This document shows, piece by piece, positions 1-8,564 of a stretch of 64,000 nt of DNA (position 1 is the first letter of the stretch; every line of letters starts with the position of its first letter). This stretch comes from Planctomycetota bacterium (lineage in GTDB: Bacteria; Planctomycetota; SZUA-567; H5-PLA8). The notes below the pieces were generated by a model. That model had not been told where the DNA came from and made no database searches. It saw nothing but the letters and a program-made list of their open reading frames with translations. The stretch covers positions 1 through 64,000 of the forward strand of contig JBBRPR010000006.1 in the NCBI GenBank assembly GCA_038227875.1, given 5' to 3'. The translations under genes were made by a program, and so were the position numbers.

Positions 1-447
1 AACCTGGCCTTCAACATGCTCAACTCCCACGACGAAAAAACGCACGAACGAGCGATCGTTTTAGGCATGAAGCTGATCGCTCAGCAAGAACGCCAGGCGA
101 GCGCCGAAAAGTGGCGCGAGTTCGTCTACTTCGACAAACTCAAACGCAAAGAAGCCGCCAAGAAGCAACAGGCCGAAACCGAGCTCAAAGAGGAACTCGA
201 AAGCGGCCAAAACCGGACAAAAGCGGACACCACCGCCGAACCGTCCGCCGAAAGCGGCCAAATCCGGACAGAACCGGACACGACCGCTGAATCCAAATCA
301 GAACCCGGCCAAAACCGGACAAATCCGGACACGACCGAGCCGCCCATCGTGGTCAAAGAAGCCAAGTTCACCACCGCCCCAAAGAAACCCAACGTCCCAC
401 CGCCGAACAAAGCCCCCTTCTACGCCGGAGTCGCCGGCCGAAGATAG
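1..447 (+). CDS. Hypothetical protein, 5'-truncated; helical region followed by three 17-aa repeats (GQNRTxxDT) and a Pro-rich tail
   Basis: Frame is open from base 1 to TAG at 445-447; repeats ESGQNRTKADT / ESGQIRTEPDT / EPGQNRTNPDT. Confidence 0.6.
   Translation, partial: NLAFNMLNSHDEKTHERAIVLGMKLIAQQERQASAEKWREFVYFDKLKRKEAAKKQQAETELKEELESGQNRTKADTTAEPSAESGQIRTEPDTTAESKSEPGQNRTNPDTTEPPIVVKEAKFTTAPKKPNVPPPNKAPFYAGVAGRR
203..332 (+). repeat. Three 28-bp units at 51-bp period, each built from 10-bp-periodic (G/C)CGG(A/C)C-AAAA subrepeats
   Basis: Units start at 203, 254 and 305: gcggccaaaaccggacaaaagcggacac, gcggccaaatccggacagaaccggacac, ccggccaaaaccggacaaatccggacac. Confidence 0.9.
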
Positions 448-485
448 AAGTAGGGGACCATTGGATCGACTAACCGAAAGCCGAC

Positions 486-690
486 CACGCCCACGCGAGG
501 GGTCCTGATTTCGAAGAAATCAGGTGGGTGATCGACAGCGAACAAGAACCTTGTCTGCGAGCGAGCTTCGTCAACACGGGTGCCGAGAACACGGACGCGT
601 CATTCCGTCTGACAGCCCATTCGTGTTCTCGGCACCATTTCAAGCCTGACCGTCAGCACGGACGAGGTCCGTGTTCGCTATCGCTCGCAG
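486..690 (+). other. Highly structured non-coding segment (candidate ncRNA or structured 3' element)
   Basis: Perfect inverted repeats 504-512/516-524, 555-564/681-690, 579-593/622-636 and 657-663/667-673. Confidence 0.45.
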
Positions 691-697
691 CGACTCC

Positions 698-733
698 AAA
701 AAAAATCCACCGCTGAACGCGGCGGATTTTTTC
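698..733. terminator. Bidirectional intrinsic terminator between convergent genes
   Basis: A-run, ATCCACCGC-TGAAC-GCGGCGGAT hairpin, T-run. Confidence 0.75.
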
Positions 734-754
734 CTCAGTCCTCAGTCCTCGCTC

Positions 755-1786
755 CTACAAATCCCGGCTGCCGGGTGTCGGCGGCGGGAGCGCGGGCGCG
801 GGCGGCGGCGTGGGCTGCAGCATCTGGCTCGGCGGAGTCGTCGGCGCTGGCAGCTTTCCCGGAGTGGGCAGCGGCGGACGTTGCGTCGGTGGCGTGAGCA
901 GATTCGGCGGCTGCAAACCAGGGCTGGTCGTTACGCTCCCATTGCCCGACGGCAACGGCTGCGCCGGTTGTATGGGTCGCGTGGGATATGTGGGGTAGAT
1001 GGGCCGCACCGGCGTGTAGGGCACGGGACTCGCCGACGCGATCGGTCCATACGGAAACGGAAGCCCGTTGGAATACAGCGGCACCGGAACGGGCACGTAC
1101 ACCGGCTCCTGCTGCGCCACCTGCTGGTTGTACTGTTCGCGCTGCGCGTTCAGCAGATCGCGTTCGGCCTGTAACTTCTGGATCTGAGCTTCCTTCAAAT
1201 CAGCTTCGGCTTGAGCACGTTCGGCCTGCGCCAGTTTGGCTTCCTGCTTGTCGCGCGAAGCTTTGATGTCCGCCAGTGCTTCCTTGGTAATCCAACGCCC
1301 TTCGTAACGGACCAGGCCGAGCGCCAGATTCCGCTCCGTCGCGGTCATCCACTTTCCCTGCAGAAATACATAGCCAAGACCTTCCCGGGCGGTGGCGTTC
1401 TCCGGATCGAGCTCGATCACTTTCTTGAACGCGTCTTCGCGGTTGCGGGCGAGCTGATTGTCGCCGGCCCACTGCGCCAGCTCCGTCCAGCTCTTGATCT
1501 GCGCCGGCGTCTCCAGCTCGCCGTCCTTGATCTTCTTCTGCAAATCCGCGGAGCGGCGGCCAAATTCTTCCAGCGGCGTATCTTTGCGGACGATGGATTT
1601 GATCTGCGAACGCTTCAGGCGGATGGTGCCCTGCGGCAGTTCCACCGTGACGTCGCCATTGTCGTTTTCGATGGCGTGGCCTTCGAGCACCTTGTCGTTG
1701 GTCAGCGTGATCGTGTCCGCGAACAGCGGCGCCGCAAAAAAGGCCGCCGCGAATACGGGCACTGCGCGTCGCACGATCCAGTTCAT
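755..1786 (-). CDS. Secreted hypothetical protein with coiled coil and Pro-rich C-terminus
   Basis: ATG 1786 with AAAGGA upstream; signal peptide MNWIVRRAVPVFAAAFFAAPLFA; 'AREGLGY..GKWMT..GLVRYEGRW' segment typical of planctomycete proteins. Confidence 0.75.
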   Translation of the reverse strand: MNWIVRRAVPVFAAAFFAAPLFADTITLTNDKVLEGHAIENDNGDVTVELPQGTIRLKRSQIKSIVRKDTPLEEFGRRSADLQKKIKDGELETPAQIKSWTELAQWAGDNQLARNREDAFKKVIELDPENATAREGLGYVFLQGKWMTATERNLALGLVRYEGRWITKEALADIKASRDKQEAKLAQAERAQAEADLKEAQIQKLQAERDLLNAQREQYNQQVAQQEPVYVPVPVPLYSNGLPFPYGPIASASPVPYTPVRPIYPTYPTRPIQPAQPLPSGNGSVTTSPGLQPPNLLTPPTQRPPLPTPGKLPAPTTPPSQMLQPTPPPAPALPPPTPGSRDL

Positions 1787-1801
1787 CGCCGATCCTTTCC
1801 A

Positions 1802-1842
1802 CAAAAGAAAACCGTCATCATGAGGTTATCATGATGACGGTT
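1802..1842 (-). terminator. Intrinsic terminator downstream of 1874..2872
   Basis: Perfect 14-bp stem aaccgtcatcatga-ggtta-tcatgatgacggtt (1810-1842) followed by a T-rich run on the minus strand. Confidence 0.7.
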
Positions 1843-1873
1843 CAGGTCAGGCACTAATTCAACTGATTTAGTG

Positions 1874-2872
1874 TTACTTTTCCGGGGCCTTTTCTTCCTT
1901 CTTTTCTGCAGCTTTCGCCGGCGGAGGATTCTTGGCCTTCTCAAAGTGCAAGTCGTGCTTGGCCAGGACCAGGACCGTAATCGTGCCGCCCAGATTCGTC
2001 GGGTCGCCGTCCTTCGGCAATACCGAACGCACGGCCTTAACCAGTTCCACCGTGCGGCCTTCGGCGAAGGCGTATTCCATGTGGATTTCGCGTTCGTCGT
2101 TGGTGCGGTTCAGACTGCCGATGGGACCCATGTGGCCATCGTTGGTGTACACGGTCTTTTCGTCTTCCTTGCCGCGCTTGTCCTTCTTGCGGCGGGAGAA
2201 GATGACGTTGTAAATCTTGGCGTCGCCGGCGAAGGCGGACTTGAGCTTGTCGTCAGGGATGCTTTCATCGCCCTGGCACCAGAGTCGCGCAACGCTATCA
2301 GCCAAGTCGACCTTCTCTTTGGCCAGCTTCCAGTTTTCCTTCTCGGTCGCTTCAAGATCGTCTTTCATCTTCGTGGCGATATTTTGTTCGCCCGTGCGCA
2401 TGAAGTAGAACGCGATCACCGCCACGAGCAGAAGCACGAGCACGCCGCCGGCGATCATCAATTCCGGTCCGCCCACCCCGCCCTTCTTGGAGCCTTTGGA
2501 GCGACCGCTGCGTTCGTTGCCGCCGCCGGGACCTGAGCGACCACTGCGACCCGCGGGCATGCGCTGATTGGATTTCGCCGCGCCCATTCGGCCGCTCGGC
2601 GAAGCGGGAGGCATCGCGGCAGCCGAGGGTCTCGGTGCCGGCATACGGCCGCTTCCTGTCGGAGTCGCCTGCATGCGGCCGCTGGTGCTGGCCGGCGGCG
2701 CAACTGGAGCGGGAGCCGCTGCCGGACCGCGGCCACTGGCGCGCGCCGGAGCGGGGACGATTTGGGGATTGCTGGCCGGAGGCGCGCCACGGCCGCTGAC
2801 TGCTGCGCCTCTGCCTGACGTACTAGCCGACGCAGCGCCCTGCCGTCCGCTTGGTCGTCTCGTGTCTGCCAT
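1874..2872 (-). CDS. Single-pass membrane protein with disordered SGR-repeat N-terminus
   Basis: Nine SGR tripeptides, then hydrophobic segment LMIAGGVLVLLLVAVIAFYF. Confidence 0.75.
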   Translation of the reverse strand: MADTRRPSGRQGAASASTSGRGAAVSGRGAPPASNPQIVPAPARASGRGPAAAPAPVAPPASTSGRMQATPTGSGRMPAPRPSAAAMPPASPSGRMGAAKSNQRMPAGRSGRSGPGGGNERSGRSKGSKKGGVGGPELMIAGGVLVLLLVAVIAFYFMRTGEQNIATKMKDDLEATEKENWKLAKEKVDLADSVARLWCQGDESIPDDKLKSAFAGDAKIYNVIFSRRKKDKRGKEDEKTVYTNDGHMGPIGSLNRTNDEREIHMEYAFAEGRTVELVKAVRSVLPKDGDPTNLGGTITVLVLAKHDLHFEKAKNPPPAKAAEKKEEKAPEK

Positions 2873-3172
2873 GTGCCGCCCCCTTAACTCTGAATTGAAG
2901 CTGAAGCTCGTGGTGCTTGCTCAATGTGATTACACTAAAATGATTCGCAGCCACCTCAAAAATTTGTGCGGTGTCCCGGCCGGAATTCCGAACTATACGA
3001 CTTTTCCACACCCACGTACAGAAGAACCCGCACTTTTTTTACACACAAAGTCCGCCTGCTGGTGTGGTTACAGAGTTTCTCCCCACACTTTAACGAACAC
3101 CGCAAGGTGAACTTGCATGAATTCTGCATACACCGCAAGAATTTTGTAAGCACCGCAAAGCCGCCGCCGCTG

Positions 3173-3375
3173 GCGGCGAGGGGTTAGGGGTCAGGGGTCA
3201 GAAATAGGCCCAGGCAGGATTGAAGATATTTTCGCGCGGTCGTGAGTTGGCCGAAAGCCCAAGGCAGCAGGCAATGCCTACTGCCTTCTTCCACCCTGAA
3301 TCAAAAAGCCCAAACGACGGACCGTGCGCGTGCTCTATTCTGACCCCTGGCCCCTAACCCCTGACCCCTCGCCGC
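3173..3375. repeat. MITE/REP-like element with inverted arms of GGGGTCA heptamers
   Basis: Left arm 3173-3207 gcggcgaggggttaggggtcaggggtcagaaatag; right arm 3335-3375 is its reverse complement plus one heptamer; internal hairpin 3261-3287. Confidence 0.75.
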
Positions 3376-3385
3376 TACGCGGCGC

Positions 3386-4147
3386 TTACTTCGCGGGCGC
3401 GGGATCAGGCGTCGGATCGGTGCCGTCGTCTTTGCGTGTTTTCTTCGGCTTGACGGGGCGCGTTAATTTTGAGGGGGCGACGGCTTCTGTTGCGGCGGCT
3501 GCAGCGGGGGCGGTGTTTTGCGAAACCACGAGATTTAAAAATCCTTCCACCTGCCGGCGCACCAACGGATCGCCCTTCAGCGCTGCGTCGAGCACCTGAA
3601 CGGCGCGGTCGGTGCCGAGCAGCGTTTGCGTCGTGTCTTTCAGCGCGGGAAAGCGTGAGAGGTACGCATCGCGCAATTCCTGTGAGGACAGCTTCGACGT
3701 CGGAACCGGCGTGTTGAGGTCCTTGTTCAAATGCAGCTTCGCCAGCGTCTCCGGATCATAGGCGGTCGTGGGCGCTTTCAGATTGTCTTTGTCGATCGTC
3801 TTCTTCGTCTCTTCTTTGCGAAAGCCAGTGCCTTGGACGACTTTTCGGCAGAGCTCCGTGTCGGTCTGGAAGCCGCTGATGGTGCCATTGGCTTCGCCGT
3901 GGATGACTTTGGCGATCTGGCTCTTGGGGATCAGGCGCTGCTTCTTAACGGTCTTGTCTTTGGGATCGCTCTCGACGATCAGCGCGCCGTTGTCGGCGAC
4001 CATCAGGATTACGCATTCGATTTCTGTGCCGTCGGTGAGCACGATTTTGTCGACGCGGCCATTGACTTCCAGGTCCGCGCGCGCGGGGAACGCGGCGGCG
4101 GCAAAAAGGAGTATCAAGCCTGAGACGATTGTCGCGCGCACCGTCAT
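3386..4147 (-). CDS. Secreted hypothetical protein
   Basis: Signal peptide ending PARA; DKIVLTDGTEIE start of mature domain. Confidence 0.7.
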   Translation of the reverse strand: MTVRATIVSGLILLFAAAAFPARADLEVNGRVDKIVLTDGTEIECVILMVADNGALIVESDPKDKTVKKQRLIPKSQIAKVIHGEANGTISGFQTDTELCRKVVQGTGFRKEETKKTIDKDNLKAPTTAYDPETLAKLHLNKDLNTPVPTSKLSSQELRDAYLSRFPALKDTTQTLLGTDRAVQVLDAALKGDPLVRRQVEGFLNLVVSQNTAPAAAAATEAVAPSKLTRPVKPKKTRKDDGTDPTPDPAPAK

Positions 4148-4350
4148 TTTCTATTCCTGCGTCCGAACTCAAATCCCATCGCAAACCGTATCGAGTTCCA
4201 CATTTATAGTGCCCTTTACGTCACAAGCCATTCCGAAAAACGACACGAGCATCTCGGGAGCTCCGATTTCCCGTGAAACTTTCCCTGTCCCCATTCGTTA
4301 ATCACGGGTGTAAGCTGGCTGAGTCGTAAACCACGAATGGACGGTCGCAG

Positions 4351-6111
4351 ATGAACTCCCGAAAAGCCTGGGTCGCCTCATTGTGCGTGTTCGTGGTGCT
4401 GCTCGGTGCCTCCTTGATTTATTTCAACACTTTTGTTGTGGCCAAACGCACGGATGCCCCTGTCTCATCGCCCACGTTGCCCTCCCTGCCCTCCTTGCCC
4501 ACGTCACCCCAGTCGGAAACGCCCTCCCAGCAACTGCCGGTCGCGGAACCACACCGTCAACCCACAGCACCAGCTGGTGCGGAGAACGACGACGAGTGGA
4601 ATCTCGTCGGCGGCACGAAATCCATCTCGGTTCACTATGGCGAGCAGAAATTTGAAATCGAAGATCCGGCGGCGGTCAAGAAACTGATGGCCGCGTTGCA
4701 GGTGACACAGGTTTACAACTCCGGATGCAAGTCCTACGCGATCGACCGCACGCTGAATTTTCATCGCGGCGCGAAGGGCGATTTCCTCGTCTACATCACG
4801 GACGAAGGCGATGGCTTTTGGACCCAGTTCCCCATTACGGGTAACACGGCGTTAATGACCGTGGAGAAGCATTTTTTCGACACGTTGAATCAGCAACTCA
4901 GCGCCAAGGCCCAGAAACCGCTGGATATGCTGGCGGAAATTCCTGTTGATCAGAACGTTCCCCAGCCGCACCACCTCACCCGCGAATCCCTGGCGAAAGG
5001 TCTAAAACGCGTGATGGTGGACTATGACGTGGATGGTCGGATGCGACATGCCGCCACGGAAGATTCGGCGCGACTCAAGGCGTTGGCCGATGCCATGGCC
5101 TCGTACAACACTCTTCCTGAGTATGACGACCAGCGCGAACAAGGTCCCCATTTTTACGCGGAAGCCATGGACGGCGCTGTGCTGTACACCAGCCTGAATT
5201 ACATCAACGCCCTGGGAAAGGTCGCGTCGACAGAAAAGCTGACGAAAGAAATGAATGCCATCCCCACGGCATACGAAAAACGGGAGATCAATGTCTTCGG
5301 CAAAAATTCCGCGGTGAAGGAACTGGCGGCGAAGGCCGAGCAGCTTTCGAAAATCATCGGCGCCGCGACGAAGATCGAACTGCTGCAGGACACCTTTGGC
5401 GCAACGAGCGGCGCCGTCTTCGACGATGCGGAAGTCCAGGAAGTCGTGAAGTCCTTCACGTTCGCCGAGGTGCTGCCGCGCAACGAGAAGCTCCGACCCG
5501 AGAAACTGAAAGTCCGCATCACCACCGCCGACGGCCGCGCGATAACTGCTGCGTTCCTGGACGAAGAAGGGTTGGACGGCGGAATATCCACGGGCACGCC
5601 CCTGGATATTCCCGACTACGGCCAGATCTGGATCAACTCCGAATTCAAGGATGCCCTGGCCGCTCAGCAACAGGCAAACTTTCAAAAGCGCGCAACCGCC
5701 CGCGCGCTGTCAGACTTTCCCGCGTTTCTCAAGCAGCTCAAATCCGCGGTCGTGAAACGCCCGGAGGTCGAGACACCAATTCCCGCTGGGGCGTATTCCT
5801 CATTCGATTTCGCCACACCGGAGCAGACTCAGCGGTTGATCCAGTTGCTGACAATCGACGCAATGAAGCCCGATCCCAAGGCCGACTGTGTCTCCTTGGG
5901 CAAAAAGTCCAAGTGCACGCTCCAGCTAACGGCGCTCGTCGGCCACGATCTCCAGATGCACTTCATCGACAATCGCACCGCCGTGATCGACAAATGGGGC
6001 ACCGTCGAATTCAAAGGCGACGTGCTGACCGAACTCAACCACATCGCCGACGCCGCGAAAGCCGAACGCAACGCCGAACTTCATCCGCCGGAGCCGAAGC
6101 AGGATTTTTGA
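4351..6111 (+). CDS. Membrane-anchored hypothetical protein with apparent internal domain repeats
   Basis: 586-aa ORF, N-terminal TM, Pro/Ser linker. Confidence 0.75.
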   Translation: MNSRKAWVASLCVFVVLLGASLIYFNTFVVAKRTDAPVSSPTLPSLPSLPTSPQSETPSQQLPVAEPHRQPTAPAGAENDDEWNLVGGTKSISVHYGEQKFEIEDPAAVKKLMAALQVTQVYNSGCKSYAIDRTLNFHRGAKGDFLVYITDEGDGFWTQFPITGNTALMTVEKHFFDTLNQQLSAKAQKPLDMLAEIPVDQNVPQPHHLTRESLAKGLKRVMVDYDVDGRMRHAATEDSARLKALADAMASYNTLPEYDDQREQGPHFYAEAMDGAVLYTSLNYINALGKVASTEKLTKEMNAIPTAYEKREINVFGKNSAVKELAAKAEQLSKIIGAATKIELLQDTFGATSGAVFDDAEVQEVVKSFTFAEVLPRNEKLRPEKLKVRITTADGRAITAAFLDEEGLDGGISTGTPLDIPDYGQIWINSEFKDALAAQQQANFQKRATARALSDFPAFLKQLKSAVVKRPEVETPIPAGAYSSFDFATPEQTQRLIQLLTIDAMKPDPKADCVSLGKKSKCTLQLTALVGHDLQMHFIDNRTAVIDKWGTVEFKGDVLTELNHIADAAKAERNAELHPPEPKQDF

Positions 6112-6174
6112 GCTACGCGCCTAGCACGTCCGGCGGACTTAGCCCCCCAGCCCCCTTTTCAAGGGGGGAGAATG

Positions 6175-6204
6175 AAAATCCCCCGCTGAGCGCGGGGGAT
6201 TTTT
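6175..6204. terminator. Bidirectional terminator hairpin
   Basis: AAAATCCCCCGC-TGAGC-GCGGGGGATTTTT between convergent genes. Confidence 0.75.
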
Positions 6205-6321
6205 CTAAATTCTGCTGACTGCCATTCTTGCTCTGACCGCGCGGGCGAGTCCAGCTACTCGCCAAGGGTCGCACCCATCTCTGACCCCTGACCCCTGACC
6301 CCTGCGCGAAAGCGCAGCGCC

Positions 6322-7404
6322 TTAGTAGTTCGCGGACGTGCGGTACAGTTCCCACATTTCCGGGCGGCCCAGCCAGCTCTTGAGGACGTGGCGGACGTAG
6401 AAGACGCTCGGGTAGCGCTGCTGCGGGTCGCGCGCGAGGCACTTGACGCAGAGGGCTTCGAGTTCCGGCGGCACGCGGCGGCGGGTGAAATCCGACGGCG
6501 TGGGCACCGGGCTGTGGCGGAAGTACGGGTCCAAATCCATCGGGCGCTGAATCTGGTTGGGCGCAACGCCGGTCAGGAGGAAGAAGAGCACGCCGCCGAG
6601 GCCGTAGACGTCGGTGCGTTCGGTGAACGTACCCGGATCGCCGGCCCACTGTTCGGGCGCCATGTACGTCGGCGTGCCGACCGCGCGGACGGACGAATCG
6701 CTGACCAGGCTTCCGGTCAGCGTCGTGTTGAGATTCGGATTGGCCGGGACTTCGCCCGACGCGTAGCGCTTGGGGAATTCCGGCGCGTTGAGCGGCTGCG
6801 CGATGCCCCAATCGACGACCACCACTTCGCCGCGGCTGCCGACGACGATGTTGGCCGGCTTCAAGTCGAGATGCAGGACGCCGTTGGCGTGCGCGTGTTC
6901 CACGCCGGCGCAGATCTTGTCGAAGAGTTCCGCGACCGCGGTGATGCTGTAGCCGGTCAGTCCGGGGATGCCGGATTCAGAGATCTTCTTGATGATCACG
7001 TCGAGCGACGAGCCTTCAATGTAGGGCAGGGTCATGAAAATCTGGTCTTTGCCGAAGGAGCCGAGTTCCAGCAGGCGCGAGACGTTGGGGTGATTGAGCT
7101 TGGCGGAGTAGCGCGCTTCCTTGATGATGCGCTCGCCGTTCCAGCCGCCTTGCGGGGTGCTGGTCTTGAGAATGACTTCGCGTTCGGCGATCTGATCGAA
7201 GGCGACCTTGCACGCGCCGGCGCCGCCGAGCTGAATTTCGCGGCGGATCTGGTAGCGATCGGCCGGGACAGCTGGAATCTTGGCCAACACTTCGTTCGCC
7301 GGTATGGACTTCGTTTCCGCAACGCCTACCGATTCGGTTTTCACAGTTTCAGGTTCCTTCTGCTTGGGTGCGGCTGCGGTTGGCGCTGTCGCCTGAGTGG
7401 CCAT
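6322..7404 (-). CDS. Hanks-type Ser/Thr protein kinase (cytoplasmic)
   Basis: LGGAG loop, VILK, HLDLKPAN, VDWG, GTPTYMAPEQ, DVYGLG; GGAGGAG RBS. Confidence 0.92.
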   Translation of the reverse strand: MATQATAPTAAAPKQKEPETVKTESVGVAETKSIPANEVLAKIPAVPADRYQIRREIQLGGAGACKVAFDQIAEREVILKTSTPQGGWNGERIIKEARYSAKLNHPNVSRLLELGSFGKDQIFMTLPYIEGSSLDVIIKKISESGIPGLTGYSITAVAELFDKICAGVEHAHANGVLHLDLKPANIVVGSRGEVVVVDWGIAQPLNAPEFPKRYASGEVPANPNLNTTLTGSLVSDSSVRAVGTPTYMAPEQWAGDPGTFTERTDVYGLGGVLFFLLTGVAPNQIQRPMDLDPYFRHSPVPTPSDFTRRRVPPELEALCVKCLARDPQQRYPSVFYVRHVLKSWLGRPEMWELYRTSANY

Positions 7405-7582
7405 GACGATTCTCCTCCCCTTTGTAAATGCAAAGTATCGCTCTGAAGCCCCGCCATTATGTGTGGGTCGTGATGAATTGCAAGAAGCTCAGCCGGTAAT
7501 TCTTACCGAAAGAAAAGTGCGGCTGTTTGGCTCTTGGCTCTTGGGGGTGCGAGAGCGGTTATTTAATCACGAGGCCTGCGAC

Positions 7583-8446
7583 TCACCGAGTGCGCGCCGG
7601 TTGTCGCTCGTCCTTTGCCGTGCGTGTCGACTGCCGGGCGTAGTCGCGGGGCGAGACGCCGAAGCTGCGGCGGAAGATGCGTGCGAAGTAATTGGCGTCC
7701 GGGAAACCGGCGTCGCGGGCGATTTCGGAAATCGGCATCGGCGTCGACTTCAGCAGATCGCGGGCGCGCTCGAGTCGGATCTGCGTGCGATACGCCACCG
7801 GCGTCTTGCCGACTTCCTTGTGAAACAATTCGCCCAGATGGTCAGCGGTGTAGCCGACACGCTCGGCCAGCGACGAGAGCGCCACGTCGGAATGCTCCGC
7901 GTGCTGTTCGATCAGGCTCTGGTAGAGCCGCACCGCTTTCTCGTCGCCACTGCTCTCCACGGGCAGCTCCGCCCACGTCGCGAGCAGTTCTATGATCAGC
8001 GCGCTAGCCCGCAGTTGGGACGGCAGATCGGGACGGCGTTGGAGCATCTGCAATTCGCGAAAACGCTTGAGTACGGCGGGCACTTCCGCGACGGTAAGAT
8101 TGCGCACGTGGCTGCGGTGGACGCGCGCTTCGCCCAGCGACAAGGCCACACGTTCGCCGGTTTCACTCTTCAATCCGTCCCAGTGGAACTTGCACCAGAT
8201 CATGCGGAAGTGGCCAACTAGGCCGTTGGAATCCAGCTCGCCGGCTGGAAGCAGCCCCATATAAGGGGCGCGGACCTGGAGCAGTTCCTTGCCCGAAAGA
8301 TATGCACCCTGCGCCCGGTAATGGCAGGCGATCACATGCTCGTCGTGGTAGCTGTGGTGGTACTCGCCGGGTTTGTTGCGTGATACCCCTTCAGCGTGCA
8401 CCACGCTGTGAACTGCGGGAAGTGGGTGAAGTGAGTGCGCAGACAT
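7583..8446 (-). CDS. AraC-family transcriptional regulator
   Basis: C-terminal ARDLL...ISEIARDAGFPDANYFARIFRRSFGVSPRDY; GGAGG before ATG 8446; divergent from the oxidoreductases. Confidence 0.9.
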   Translation of the reverse strand: MSAHSLHPLPAVHSVVHAEGVSRNKPGEYHHSYHDEHVIACHYRAQGAYLSGKELLQVRAPYMGLLPAGELDSNGLVGHFRMIWCKFHWDGLKSETGERVALSLGEARVHRSHVRNLTVAEVPAVLKRFRELQMLQRRPDLPSQLRASALIIELLATWAELPVESSGDEKAVRLYQSLIEQHAEHSDVALSSLAERVGYTADHLGELFHKEVGKTPVAYRTQIRLERARDLLKSTPMPISEIARDAGFPDANYFARIFRRSFGVSPRDYARQSTRTAKDERQPARTR

Positions 8447-8564
8447 GGCTGTCCTCCAAGGTGCTCCCCTTATCATCCCGGAAAAGTGCTACTTTTCCAG
8501 CATTGCAACGCATGCGGCGCAGATTCCATGAGGTATCGTGAGTGTGTACCGCGCGGAGGCTACT

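Noticed and set aside
203..332. CRISPR array
   Set aside because: Only three degenerate units, in frame within a CDS, internally periodic rather than palindromic; no cas genes in the window.
3002..3158. Replication origin (two TTWTNCACA matches at 3002 and 3037; three CACCGCAA repeats)
   Set aside because: Too few boxes, no dnaA/dnaN/gidA context; could be ordinary promoter-region sites.
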